A stretch of DNA of 64,000 bases from Pseudomonadota bacterium (GTDB taxonomy: Bacteria; Pseudomonadota; Gammaproteobacteria; Acidiferrobacterales; UBA6901), in the NCBI GenBank assembly GCA_021790335.1, contig JAJYEE010000012.1, forward strand, positions 299 through 64,298, given 5' to 3'. Every line of letters starts with the position of its first letter. Positions within the stretch are counted from its first letter, which is position 1. The translations under genes were made by a program, and so were the position numbers. Shown here piece after piece: positions 9,053 to 18,358 of the stretch. Under the pieces are notes generated by a model, which ran no database searches, was not told the DNA's origin, and saw only the letters and a list, made by a program, of their open reading frames with translations.

Positions 9053-9062
9053 GACACCGTGC

Positions 9063-9602
9063 TTAGGGTGTCTCAGAGTTGGGATTGAAGATGGGCATAT
9101 ATCCTTCCCGCTCGTACTGCACAACCGACAGGATACCGGCGGGAATCGGTTTCATGAACGGGTAGAGATCATTGATCTTCACATGAAACAGTTCCATGGC
9201 GTTATGACAGACAGTGAAGGTCTCGCCTTGCTTGTGCAGCGCCCTCAAGAGCGGGCCCCACGAGCTGTATTTCACGTTGAACTGATCGGCGACCTCGACA
9301 GCCTTGGCATAAAGCACGACATGAATCTTGTAACGGTACCCTTTGGACTTCAGGTAGCGGATCACCAGGGCGCTGTTGATCAGTGATTCCTTCAGCTGCG
9401 GCCCGGGCTGGCCGACAACAAACACGATCTTAACCGGCTGGTGATGCTTGAAAAAACCGCCGTAAGAAAGTTTCGGGTTCTGCGGAATGTTGGGTACCCC
9501 CGGAAACGGGAGCACCTCGCCGGCGTAGGCGGCAGAACCGCAGGCCGCCGCCAGTATCACGCCACAAAGTACGCCTTTAACCAGCTTGCCGATATTGTGC
9601 AT
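9063..9602 (-). CDS. DsrE/DsrF-like family protein with Sec signal peptide (predicted periplasmic)
   Basis: Start at the ATG at 9602 (AAGGAAAAATCT upstream). Signal peptide MHNIGKLVKGVLCGVILAAACGSAAYA|G. Core KIVFVV...HVVLYAKAVE...TFTVCHNAMEL...IPAGILSVVQYEREGY resembles the COG1416-type DsrE-like fold. Confidence 0.7.
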   Translation of the reverse strand: MHNIGKLVKGVLCGVILAAACGSAAYAGEVLPFPGVPNIPQNPKLSYGGFFKHHQPVKIVFVVGQPGPQLKESLINSALVIRYLKSKGYRYKIHVVLYAKAVEVADQFNVKYSSWGPLLRALHKQGETFTVCHNAMELFHVKINDLYPFMKPIPAGILSVVQYEREGYMPIFNPNSETP

Positions 9603-10019
9603 AGATTTTTCCTTAGTAATATTGTATGGAACTACCACCATCCTGCCGTGAACGTTTCACGTGCAAGGCCTCGTGCCAGCGACAACTGCCGGCGGTTGAG
9701 GAACTGGGTTTGAACGCCTGCGTCTTCACCCAGAACCCGAAAACAGAAACTCGCGTCGGCGTCTTCAACTCCGAGGTTAGGCCGTTGATCTCCATCAAAA
9801 CCAAAGGCTTTCTTTAGTCCCCGTCGCCCGAACAGCGCATCTTTGAAGTATGCTTTCAAACCGTTGGTTCAACGACCGATATCGGTGTCGAATTGAAATC
9901 TGCCGCCAAGCTGCGCCCGCGAGCAGATCGGCCATTGCCGAAATTTCCTGAGGGTTCCGGTCGCTGTCTTCCGGCAGTCGCTCCACGGCCGATCCTTGCC
10001 GCCGGTGTGCCGGCGCACC

Positions 10020-10649
10020 TTATCGTGCGCGCGCAATGCCTAAGAGCTGCCTCAGACCAGATGCGGGTGCACCCTCCAGCAGTTCCGCCCTGCCTGCCTT
10101 GTTCCGGAACAGCAGGGTGGGAACCATCATCATTTTGCTGCGTGCAAGCACGTCAGCGTTCGCCTTCAGATGCGCGATGGTAGCTGGCTCCGGATCAGCG
10201 AGCGGACCTAAGCCGCCATGCTTGCGGGTTCGATGGTATTGAGTTTCATTCGCGTAGAACGCTGCCCGCGGATTTGCTGCGTCCAGTATGGCCGCCGCCT
10301 TGTCCATACTGGTCCGGGTCAGGATGCCAACCGGGATCCAGCGTAGTTGCAACTGCCCATGCTTGACCATGAACCGCGTTGCCAGGAACAGCTTGTGGCA
10401 GTAAGGGCAGTTAGGGTCGAAAAACACATAGACGATATGGTTCCCTCGGCCCTCGCCGATCCAGGCGGTATGGCTGGCGGCGGCGAGCATGCCGTTGATC
10501 ACCGTCTGGTCGGGACCCTCATTCAGCGGCAGCGCAAAGCTCGGGTTGCTCGCCCGCGCCTGCCCGATGCCAGCGATGCTGGCGAGAAGCATCAGGCCGG
10601 CAAGCAGAAAGACGCTGCCAGAAAAGTTGCGCGTGAATTGAATTCTCAT
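10020..10649 (-). CDS. DsbG/DsbC-like periplasmic thiol:disulfide interchange protein (CPYC)
   Basis: N-terminal signal/anchor FLLAGLMLLASIAGIG. Thioredoxin motif FFDPNCPYCHKL. cis-Pro region VPTLLF. Confidence 0.8.
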   Translation of the reverse strand: MRIQFTRNFSGSVFLLAGLMLLASIAGIGQARASNPSFALPLNEGPDQTVINGMLAAASHTAWIGEGRGNHIVYVFFDPNCPYCHKLFLATRFMVKHGQLQLRWIPVGILTRTSMDKAAAILDAANPRAAFYANETQYHRTRKHGGLGPLADPEPATIAHLKANADVLARSKMMMVPTLLFRNKAGRAELLEGAPASGLRQLLGIARAR

Positions 10650-11152
10650 GACGTAGGCGAGATGTTCCGTTCGTGCTTGGTCGTGGGTGGTTGGGTCCCG
10701 GACTCGTAAGTGAAGACGCCGACTGCGGTCGATTTAATCCCTGGCAAGAAAGTGGCAGCGGCCTGTTGCCGTGATGTGCCGATCGAAACGCAGTGGTCTC
10801 GGCGGGATTGTCCGGCGGTACGGCTGTCCACGACGTATTGCGGGCAATTGGCCATGGCCGATACAACGTTGCCGCCCCGCGGGCTGTTGATTAAGGTCAC
10901 AGCAGGTTGCCTGTGCCGATTTGTTGCAGTATGCCCGTCAGGGGCGGTCGGAATCACTGCGATCACGCAGTCCCTACCGGCATCCTCGCAGCGGATCAAT
11001 GGCAATGTGGTCGGTCCGTGATTTTGCACGACTGCCATGCTGGCCGGTGTAATGGGCGGCATTTTGCATAAATTGCCAGAATGCGGGAGGATGGAAGCTC
11101 CTGGAGCTTGGGAGTCTGAAAGAAAACCTCTGTCCAATGTGTAATCGGACAA
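10646..11152 (-). CDS. hypothetical protein, translationally coupled to the DsbG-like gene
   Basis: Its stop overlaps the dsbG-like ATG (ATGA). GC3 is about 65-70% in the 3' part. No family recognised and the start is uncertain. A mirror ORF on the + strand (10710..11021) competes with it. Confidence 0.35.
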   Translation of the reverse strand: MSDYTLDRGFLSDSQAPGASILPHSGNLCKMPPITPASMAVVQNHGPTTLPLIRCEDAGRDCVIAVIPTAPDGHTATNRHRQPAVTLINSPRGGNVVSAMANCPQYVVDSRTAGQSRRDHCVSIGTSRQQAAATFLPGIKSTAVGVFTYESGTQPPTTKHERNISPTS

Positions 11153-11319
11153 TTTTCTTTCCGGCGGATGGCCGCATGAAGATCAAGACGCAGAAAATGA
11201 GTGAGCGAATCGGTGACTGTTCGGGCACGTTCCGTCCGCAATCCTTATGCCCTGGGGACACCGGAATGCGGCGAATCAGTCGTACCGGTCAGGACGGACC
11301 TGCTGACCGGTGTTGACCT

Positions 11320-11553
11320 ATGGGTACCATCAGCGTTCGTTATTTTGCAAGGGTCCGCGAACAGCTCGGGAAAGGTCAGGAACTGATCGACTCAGAGGGG
11401 ATCCGGTGTGTCGCCGATGTCTGGCGCCGTGTATCGGGTGCTGCGCCTTCGACTAAAGTCTTGGTCGCAGTCAACCAGGAATATGCAGCGATGGATCATC
11501 CCGTGGGTACCGGCGATGAGGTGGCCTTCTTTCCTCCGGTGACGGGAGGCTGA
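11320..11553 (+). CDS. moaD: molybdopterin synthase sulfur-carrier subunit
   Basis: 77 aa, ends in GG, has a ubiquitin-like ThiS/MoaD pattern, and lies directly upstream of moaE. Confidence 0.85.
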   Translation: MGTISVRYFARVREQLGKGQELIDSEGIRCVADVWRRVSGAAPSTKVLVAVNQEYAAMDHPVGTGDEVAFFPPVTGG

Positions 11554-11555
11554 GG

Positions 11556-11981
11556 ATGGTTCGGGTCCAGCCGCATCCCTTTGATCCATGGATGGAAATT
11601 TCCGTCCTTGAGCACCACCATCCGGAATGGTCCGGAAAATTCGGCGCGACCGCGGTTTTTGTTGGAAGCCTGAGGGACTTCAATCAGGGGCACCAAGTCG
11701 CCGAGATGACGCTTGAGCACTACGCCGGCATGACGGAAAGGCACCTTGAGAAGGTGAGCTGCGAAGCAATGAGCCGGTGGAATATCCTGGACCCTCTAAT
11801 AATCCACCGATACGGCCGGCTGACACCCGCAGAACCTATTGTGCTGGTGGCGGTATGGTCCGCCCATCGCGATGCGGCGTTCCTGGCCTGCCGCTATATC
11901 ATCGATGAACTCAAGACCCGCGCTCCTTTCTGGAAGCGTGAAGAAACAGACGCCGGGCGACGTTGGGTGGCCCCGGAATAG
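11556..11981 (+). CDS. moaE: molybdopterin synthase catalytic subunit
   Basis: VFVGSLRDF...LEHYAGMTE...IIHRYGRL...VLVAVWSAHRDAAF...LKTRAPFWKRE is typical of MoaE. Confidence 0.9.
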   Translation: MVRVQPHPFDPWMEISVLEHHHPEWSGKFGATAVFVGSLRDFNQGHQVAEMTLEHYAGMTERHLEKVSCEAMSRWNILDPLIIHRYGRLTPAEPIVLVAVWSAHRDAAFLACRYIIDELKTRAPFWKREETDAGRRWVAPE

Positions 11982-12005
11982 CGCCGGGGCGAATTTGCGC
12001 TCGCC

Positions 12006-12671
12006 TCAGGGTGTCGCCGCGGCCGTGCCGGACGTCAGGCTCGGACCTGCCTTGAGCTGGCGGTAACGCACCAGATCGGCGGCAGCCTGCTGGCGGACTG
12101 ACACAATTTCCTGCTGTTCTTTCTTGATATTCTTGTTGTGCGAGGCGATCTGCGCCTCGGTGTTGGCGATAACCTGGGCTGTGTCAGCTGCCTCAGACTT
12201 GTTGGTCGATTCCTCCGCGGTTTCCTGCGCACGCAGTCGCGGAAGGGTCGCCTGCAGGGACTTCAGGGTGTCCTTTTCGCCTTCGATCAAGCCCTTGATG
12301 TCAGCGATCTTGCGGTTACGCACGTAGGTGATGTCGCTCGCGCTGGCATACATTGACAGCAGAATGCGATCTCTTCGTGCCCGGGATCTGGCCTGCCGCT
12401 GCGCTTTTGCGGACTTTGCTAGCGAGGCGGCGCGTTCCTTGATTTGCGCAGCCGTCAGTGGTGCCGCCAGCTCCTTGGTTCTCACCCCGGAGTCGGTGAT
12501 CTCGATCACCTTGGAATGCGCGCACGCCCGACCGGCGTTGTCGCCGTAATGCCACTCGCCATTGGCATCACGGCATTTTTTGATAATGAACGTGGAGCCG
12601 GCGAAACCGGGTTTCAGCCCCATTGCGATCGACAGGAAACAAACCGCAGCTATGGTATGTTTGAATCTCAT
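12006..12671 (-). CDS. DUF4124-domain secreted protein with coiled-coil C-terminus
   Basis: Signal peptide MRFKHTIAAVCFLSIAMG. KKCRDANGEWHYGD motif of DUF4124. Lys/Gln/Ala-rich helical tail. Confidence 0.7.
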   Translation of the reverse strand: MRFKHTIAAVCFLSIAMGLKPGFAGSTFIIKKCRDANGEWHYGDNAGRACAHSKVIEITDSGVRTKELAAPLTAAQIKERAASLAKSAKAQRQARSRARRDRILLSMYASASDITYVRNRKIADIKGLIEGEKDTLKSLQATLPRLRAQETAEESTNKSEAADTAQVIANTEAQIASHNKNIKKEQQEIVSVRQQAAADLVRYRQLKAGPSLTSGTAAATP

Positions 12672-12807
12672 GAACAGGATCACTCGCTCGGTAGCCCGCT
12701 ACTCAAGACTAGGGCCGCTGCCCGAAAAGTCAACCGCTGCGGACTTCCATCTGTCGGCCGCGTCGTGGCCGCCGTCCGCGGGCGCCGGAAGACCGGCAGT
12801 CGGCTGA

Positions 12808-13563
12808 ATGGGTGCATGGCCCCAGCAGGTACTGCTGTTCCTTGTGGCGCTGGCCGCCAACAGTTTTGCCGCGTTTGCCGGAGGTGGCGCTGGCCTACTG
12901 CAGTTTCCGGCGCTGATATTCCTGGGGCTGCCGTTTGCCGTCGCGCTCGCTACCCACAAAGTAGCGACCGTGGCGCTGGGCATCGGTGCGACACTGCGCC
13001 ACCTGCGCGAGCGTTCCCTCGAGCGACGCTTCTCGCTGTTTATTCTGGCTTGCGGCATGCCCGGGGTCGCATTGGGTGCCATTGCGATCCTGAACGTTCC
13101 GGCGGGTGCCGCCGAAACGCTGTTGGGTGTGTTGACCATTGGCCTGGGAGCCTATTCGCTGTTCAATCGCCACCTCGGACAGGCATACGCCCCGTGTAAT
13201 CGCCACACTCGCGGCTATGTTGCCGGTGGTGTCGGGTTGTTCGTAATCGGTCTTCTGAACGGTTCACTCACATCCGGCACGGGACTTTTCTGCACGTTGT
13301 GGCTGATCCGATGGTTCGGGCTGGACTACCGAAGGGCAGTTGCCTACACGCTGGTACTGGTGGGCGTGTTCTGGAATGGAACCGGCGCGTTTACCCTGGG
13401 TGTGCTCGGACAGGTGCGCTGGTCCTGGGTGCCGACGCTGCTCGCCGGATCGCTGCTGGGTGGCTATCTGGGTGCGCATTGGTCGATCGTGAGGGGCAAC
13501 CGCTGGATCAAGCATGCCTTTGAAGCGATCACGATTGTGGTCGGCATCAAGCTTTTGACGTAA
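12808..13563 (+). CDS. TauE/SafE (TSUP, DUF81) family anion/sulfite exporter
   Basis: 251 aa, about 8 TM segments, Gly-rich FAGGGAGLLQFPAL motif repeated in the second half. Confidence 0.85.
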   Translation: MGAWPQQVLLFLVALAANSFAAFAGGGAGLLQFPALIFLGLPFAVALATHKVATVALGIGATLRHLRERSLERRFSLFILACGMPGVALGAIAILNVPAGAAETLLGVLTIGLGAYSLFNRHLGQAYAPCNRHTRGYVAGGVGLFVIGLLNGSLTSGTGLFCTLWLIRWFGLDYRRAVAYTLVLVGVFWNGTGAFTLGVLGQVRWSWVPTLLAGSLLGGYLGAHWSIVRGNRWIKHAFEAITIVVGIKLLT

Positions 13564-13659
13564 ACCTGTGTGGTAGGTGCGCCATGCGTTGCGTTCACGA
13601 CGCTTTCCTCTTACTCTTTGTGCGGTTTCCACTGCGCCCGGTCGGGGTGACGGACTTCA

Positions 13660-14076
13660 ATGCTTGATTGGCTATTTTTCTGGCGACGGCGTAGACGCAC
13701 GCTTGATCGTGCTGGGGCGTTCCACAATGTTCTGGGCGCTGGCGCGGTATTCCGTGGCGGCTTGACGGGTGCTGAAAACAGCATCGTATACGGTACCGTG
13801 GAAGGAGACGGCGAGATCCAGGGCAGCCTGGTGCTGGCGCCAGGGTCGTACTGGAAGGGCGTGGTCACGGCGACGCATGTGCTCGTTGCCGGACGCGTCG
13901 ACGGGGACGTGGTCGCGCACGAAAAGCTGGAGCTTGCGCCCAGTGCGCATGTTGTCGGCAATCTGACGAGTCGCAGGATCGCCATCGCCGAGGGTGCTGT
14001 CTGTGAAGGCATGATTCATGCGCTGCAGGATGCTGCTACCACTCATTTCAGTGAGCGCCGCAATGCGACCGGATGA
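13660..14076 (+). CDS. bactofilin-family (DUF583) polymer-forming protein
   Basis: Repetitive beta-helix pattern G.V.G.V....V.V...G.V.G.I (VYGTVEGDGEIQGSLVLAPGSYWKGVVTATHVLVAGRVDGDVVA...). Confidence 0.75.
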   Translation: MLDWLFFWRRRRRTLDRAGAFHNVLGAGAVFRGGLTGAENSIVYGTVEGDGEIQGSLVLAPGSYWKGVVTATHVLVAGRVDGDVVAHEKLELAPSAHVVGNLTSRRIAIAEGAVCEGMIHALQDAATTHFSERRNATG

Positions 14077-14160
14077 TGTGTCTGCGAAGGGAGGTGCTGC
14101 CCGCGAGGTTTGGTCGCATGCGTGCGGACCGGACAGTGTGCGGGCTGGCGTCAGCCGGGT

Positions 14161-14805
14161 TCACGCCCCATAGAGCGCGCGGTAGGCGCGGATTGCCTCC
14201 AGGTGCTGGCGCTGTTCCGGGTGCGAGGCGAGATAGTGCATCAGCGTTTCGAGCGTGACGATGTTCGCGATCCGCAGGCCGTAACGGGTCTCCGCTTCCG
14301 CCACGGCCGAGGCGGTTCCGGACCCGCGTTCCTGCCGGTTGAGCGCTATGACAGCTCCGGCAGCGGAAGCGCCGGCGCTCTGGATGATTTCCACCGATTC
14401 CCCGATGGAAAGGCCGGCAGAAATGACGTCATCGATGATTAACACCCGCCCCTGCAACGGCGACCCCACAATCATCCCGCCTTCGGCATGGTCTTTCGCC
14501 TCCTTGCGGTTGAAGGAGTAAGGAACGTCGCGTCCATGGTGATCGGCGAGCGCGATAGTGACCGAGGCTGCCAGCGGAATGCCTTTGTAGGCAGGTCCGT
14601 AGACCATGTCGAATTGCAATCCCGAATCCAGGATTGCATGCGCATAGAAACGACCGAGCTGCGCCAGCCGGGCACCTGTATTGAACAGACCGGTATTGAA
14701 AAAATAGGGGCTGGAGCGTCCGGATTTGAGCTTGAACTCGCCGAAGCGAAGAGCGCCCGAGCTGATGGCAAAGTCGAGGAATTCATTCTGGTAGCTGCGA
14801 ATCAT
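14161..14805 (-). CDS. pyrE: orotate phosphoribosyltransferase
   Basis: [17 protein letters not shown] and PRPP-binding motif [14 protein letters not shown] at 14805 (the ORF-track start at 14817 is a TTG). Confidence 0.95.
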   Translation of the reverse strand: MIRSYQNEFLDFAISSGALRFGEFKLKSGRSSPYFFNTGLFNTGARLAQLGRFYAHAILDSGLQFDMVYGPAYKGIPLAASVTIALADHHGRDVPYSFNRKEAKDHAEGGMIVGSPLQGRVLIIDDVISAGLSIGESVEIIQSAGASAAGAVIALNRQERGSGTASAVAEAETRYGLRIANIVTLETLMHYLASHPEQRQHLEAIRAYRALYGA

Positions 14806-15016
14806 TGTGAGCCCCAACGCCGCCGGCGGTATCTGGACGTACGATTATAGCGGCATGCCGGGCTGGTGCGTAAGCGCCTGCGGGAAGTGCTTCGCACCAT
14901 TGCCGGCTTGTGACATTTCCCGACTTTTGCGGTGAACCAAAAGTACATACGGCGTAGACTACGGGCGCCAGTGATTTTTGTATTCCGTTCCAGGCAATGA
15001 GCTGCGGCAGATAGCG

Positions 15017-15790
15017 ATGAGAATCGTCACTCTCAATGTCAACGGTATCCGCTCTGCGGCGTCCAAAGGATTTTTTGCCTGGCTTGCGCGCCAGAAGGCG
15101 GACGCTGTTTGCATTCAGGAAATTAAGATCCAGGATGAACAGCTCACGCCCCAGATGCGCTCGCCCGGCAACTACCGCGGTTTCTTCAGTTTTGCCCAGA
15201 CGAAAGGCTACTCCGGGGTGGGACTTTACAGCAAGAAGCCGCCGGACCGTGTCCACTACGGGTTTGGTTCCGGCGAACACGACGGAGAAGGACGCTATCT
15301 GCAGGCGGATTTTGGCCCGCTCAGCATTGTTTCGCTGTACCTGCCATCGGGCTCCGCCGGCCCTCATAGGCAGGAATCCAAGTACCGATTCATGGAGCGG
15401 TTCCTGCCGCATCTGAAGAAATTGCGGGCCGACGGTCGCGAGTACATTCTGTGCGGGGACTGGAACATTGCACACAAGGAAATCGACCTGAAGAACTGGC
15501 GCAGCAACCGGAAGAACTCCGGGTTCTTGCCCGATGAACGGGCCTGGCTTTCAACGGTGTTCGACGAGCTTGCGTGGGTGGACGTCTTCCGTAGGCTCAA
15601 TCCTAAGCCGGACCAGTATACCTGGTGGTCCAACCGTGGCCAGGCGTGGGTGAAAAACGTCGGTTGGCGCATCGACTACCAGATCGCTACGCCGGGAATT
15701 TCGGCAAAGGCGACGAAGGAGCGCATATACAAGGAAAAGCGCTTTTCCGATCACGCCCCGCTGATCATCGACTATAACCAGAAGCTGTGA
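15017..15790 (+). CDS. xth: exodeoxyribonuclease III
   Basis: MRIVTLNVNGIRSA...DAVCIQEIK...GDWNIAH...SDHAPL motifs of the EEP/ExoIII family. Internal ATG at 15017. Confidence 0.9.
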   Translation: MRIVTLNVNGIRSAASKGFFAWLARQKADAVCIQEIKIQDEQLTPQMRSPGNYRGFFSFAQTKGYSGVGLYSKKPPDRVHYGFGSGEHDGEGRYLQADFGPLSIVSLYLPSGSAGPHRQESKYRFMERFLPHLKKLRADGREYILCGDWNIAHKEIDLKNWRSNRKNSGFLPDERAWLSTVFDELAWVDVFRRLNPKPDQYTWWSNRGQAWVKNVGWRIDYQIATPGISAKATKERIYKEKRFSDHAPLIIDYNQKL

Positions 15791-15878
15791 CAAGTTTCAG
15801 GCGTTGGCCCCGGCATGCTTGCGAGATTTCCGGAAAGACGCGTTTTGGCGCGAGCTGCAAGAACCTGAAGGTATCCCG

Positions 15879-16157
15879 ATGACCCGTGTGAAAATATACA
15901 GTACCGGTATTTGCCCCATCTGCCAGAAAGCCAAGGGATTGTTCGAAAAGTGGGGCATCCCCTTCGCCGAGGTGCGTATCGATCTCGGCCGAGCAGCCAT
16001 GCGGGAATATTCCCAAGTTACCAATGGCGCACGCACCGTTCCGCAGATTGTTATTGATGGCCGTTGTATCGGGGGTTTCACGGAATTGGCGGAACTGCAT
16101 ATGGAGGGCGCGCTGGATGCGCTCATGGAGCAGGCACGAAACGGCGCTTCACGCTGA
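15879..16157 (+). CDS. grxC: glutaredoxin 3
   Basis: VKIYSTGICPICQKAK...TVPQIVIDGRCIGGF aligns with E. coli Grx3. ATG at 15879. Confidence 0.85.
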   Translation: MTRVKIYSTGICPICQKAKGLFEKWGIPFAEVRIDLGRAAMREYSQVTNGARTVPQIVIDGRCIGGFTELAELHMEGALDALMEQARNGASR

Positions 16158-16208
16158 CGCCGGGGGCGGTCAGCCTCCCGGGGCTGCGATACCCGGGTCG
16201 CGGGGCGA

Positions 16209-17828
16209 TCAGTTCGGAGCTCCGCGGGATGCGGTTCCTAGCTTTTTCCCGGCATGTGCACGTGCCACCGAGATTGCTGCCACGACGAGTCCGGAAAGGA
16301 CCGAGAAGATGATTACAGCGAAGAGCCCGATCCAGTTTCCGACGCCCCGGGGGTGGAACAGGGCGGCCAGCGGAGCGGCCAGGTTGAATCCGTCGGTCGG
16401 GATCCGGTGCATCGCCCCCAGTGCCTGGATCGTCGCAAATGAAAGCGCTGCCAGAACGAAGGCTGCCAGACCGCTGCCGAGGCCGCGTGCTAGGAGTTCC
16501 CTGGAGCCGAGCGCGCGCGCCCGCGCGGTTGCCAGCAAGTCGATGTGCGGTTCGCGTGCACCCAGCGGTGAAAAGCGCTGCAGCATGATCAGCCCCGGTA
16601 TTCCGACCGCCATGGTGAACAGGAAGAAATCCCGCCACCCGATCGCTGCTACCATTACCCCGGTCACGGGCCCGGCAAAAATGCGCGGCAGCGCGAAGAT
16701 GCTTGAGAACAGCGCGTACTGCGTTGCTGAAAATTCCTTTTGCGTCATGCGCAGCAGCAGCACGCTGAATGCACCTGTACCCATGCCGGTGGCGAGGCTT
16801 TCGAAACCTATCGATCCGTACATGACCCAGCGGTTGATGCCGATCATGGCGATTAACACATAGCCAAAATTCGACAGCAGCTGTAGTGCGCCGAACGTCC
16901 ACAATGCATTGCCCAGACCCATCGCTGTGGTCAGAGCCCCTCCTAGGAAGGTTCCTGTCAGGGTCGCGGCCAGGCCGATCGTGGCAGTCGCCACGCCGAC
17001 GTCGAGATCATTGAACCCCACGTGCACCAGAAACGGCCGCACCAGCGCGCCGGCGAGATTGTCGGCCAGTTTGTAGAGGATCAGGAAGGCCAGCAGTTCC
17101 AGCGCCTGCTGCTTTGCCAAAAACCCGACCAGTGGCTCCCACACCGCGGCCCGCAGCGACTGCGGTGCGTGGATTCTGTCGGTACCGTTACTTGGCGAAA
17201 ACCACGTTACGACCATCATCGGCAAATAAAGCGTTGCGATGACCCAGAACATGACCGGCCAGGACCAAAGTCCGGCCAGAGTAATGGTTAGTCCGCCAGC
17301 GACGAACATGGCTGCACGGTAGATTGCGATGCGCGCACCTACTGCAATCCCCTGCTCTTCAGGGCGCAGGATCTCGACCGCGTAGGCGTCGATCGCAATA
17401 TCCTGGCTAGCCGACGCGAAGGCGATTGCAAGCGTCAGGACGCCCGTGATCCAGATCGCGTCGGGGCGTGCAGCGACGCCGCCGAGCAGCAGCGTGGTGA
17501 GCAGCAGCAAGATCTGCCACAGAAGGGTCCAGCCTAGTTTGCGGCTGAGTCTGGGGATGGGCAGTGTGTAGCGGTCGATCAGGGGCGACCACAGGAACTT
17601 GAAGCTCCACGGTGCCTGTGCGAGGGTGAACAGCCCGATGACCCTGATGTCCACGCCTTCGCGGGCAAGCCAGGTGGGAATGGCGATCCAGACCAGACCA
17701 AGCGGTAGGCCCGAGGCAAAGGACAGCAGACTCACCGCGACCGTGCGTCGGCTGCGTGTCGCCAGCCACAGTGCTTGCCAGGTACGCGGCCGGTCAGACA
17801 TGGCCGTTGCCGGATTCCGGCCAGTCAT
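16209..17828 (-). CDS. ampG: AmpG-family MFS muropeptide permease
   Basis: LLSFASGLPLGLVW...FKFLWSPLIDRY motif and more than 12 TM segments. Start ambiguous (17828 or ATG at 17801). Confidence 0.85.
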   Translation of the reverse strand: MTGRNPATAMSDRPRTWQALWLATRSRRTVAVSLLSFASGLPLGLVWIAIPTWLAREGVDIRVIGLFTLAQAPWSFKFLWSPLIDRYTLPIPRLSRKLGWTLLWQILLLLTTLLLGGVAARPDAIWITGVLTLAIAFASASQDIAIDAYAVEILRPEEQGIAVGARIAIYRAAMFVAGGLTITLAGLWSWPVMFWVIATLYLPMMVVTWFSPSNGTDRIHAPQSLRAAVWEPLVGFLAKQQALELLAFLILYKLADNLAGALVRPFLVHVGFNDLDVGVATATIGLAATLTGTFLGGALTTAMGLGNALWTFGALQLLSNFGYVLIAMIGINRWVMYGSIGFESLATGMGTGAFSVLLLRMTQKEFSATQYALFSSIFALPRIFAGPVTGVMVAAIGWRDFFLFTMAVGIPGLIMLQRFSPLGAREPHIDLLATARARALGSRELLARGLGSGLAAFVLAALSFATIQALGAMHRIPTDGFNLAAPLAALFHPRGVGNWIGLFAVIIFSVLSGLVVAAISVARAHAGKKLGTASRGAPN

Positions 17829-18028
17829 CGGCGGTGCGACCGCCGGCGGTTCCGCACCGTGGATCCTCGTGCGTCATATGTATCCGCAAGATGGGCAGGA
17901 CGTCTTGTACCATTCGAATCCGGTCAAGTAAATGCGGCCAAAGCGGACCCGTTACGCAAGCCACGAAGTTCGACCGGAACGCCATGAAGCACGATTGTGC
18001 GGATCACCGGGTTTTTGAATTAGATCCG

Positions 18029-18064
18029 CGCCGTCCACCACTTGGTGGACGGCGGTGTTTTGTT
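18029..18064 (+). terminator. orphan canonical intrinsic terminator (no assignable + strand gene)
   Basis: 11-bp stem CGCCGTCCACC/GGTGGACGGCG, loop ACTT, then GTGTTTTGTT. No convincing + strand ORF lies upstream. Confidence 0.6.
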
Positions 18065-18342
18065 CACGACCTCAGCGCCAGTGACCCCGGCACAGGAATG
18101 GTGCCGATTCTCTGGTCGACCCGGGCAGAGATTCTCCAAGTGCCGGTGCGCCATGCGCTGCACGTCTTCCAATGTGAACTGGAATTTCTTCGTTACGAAC
18201 TTGCCGCCTGGATCTCTGCCAGCGCCTGTTCCCGGGTCTGACGTACACAAGGGAATCCGGTATCTGGATGATCGGCCTATGGTCGAGTTGGCCCAATACC
18301 GTCTATTCCGGGCGTGTCCCCAGGCCAGTTTGCAAAATGTGC

Positions 18343-18358
18343 TGGCATGACCTTTGCT
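18343..18358 (+). promoter_or_regulatory. candidate sigma-54 (-24/-12) promoter upstream of the Sel1 gene
   Basis: TGGCATG-ACCT-TTGCT versus consensus TGGCACG-N4-TTGCW (1 mismatch), 134 nt upstream of the ATG at 18492. About 0.3 such matches are expected by chance in this window. Confidence 0.3.

Noticed and set aside
9632-9859. 75-codon minus-strand ORF in the DsrE-like/DsbG-like spacer.
   Set aside because: It has only a TTG start, GC3 of about 50% (at or below background), no RBS and no motif.
10710-11021. + strand 103-aa ORF opposite the hypothetical gene 10646-11152.
   Set aside because: The translation is Cys-rich and odd, with a GTG start and no RBS. The minus-strand partner has a stop/start overlap with the DsbG-like gene. 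The minus call is preferred, but only weakly.
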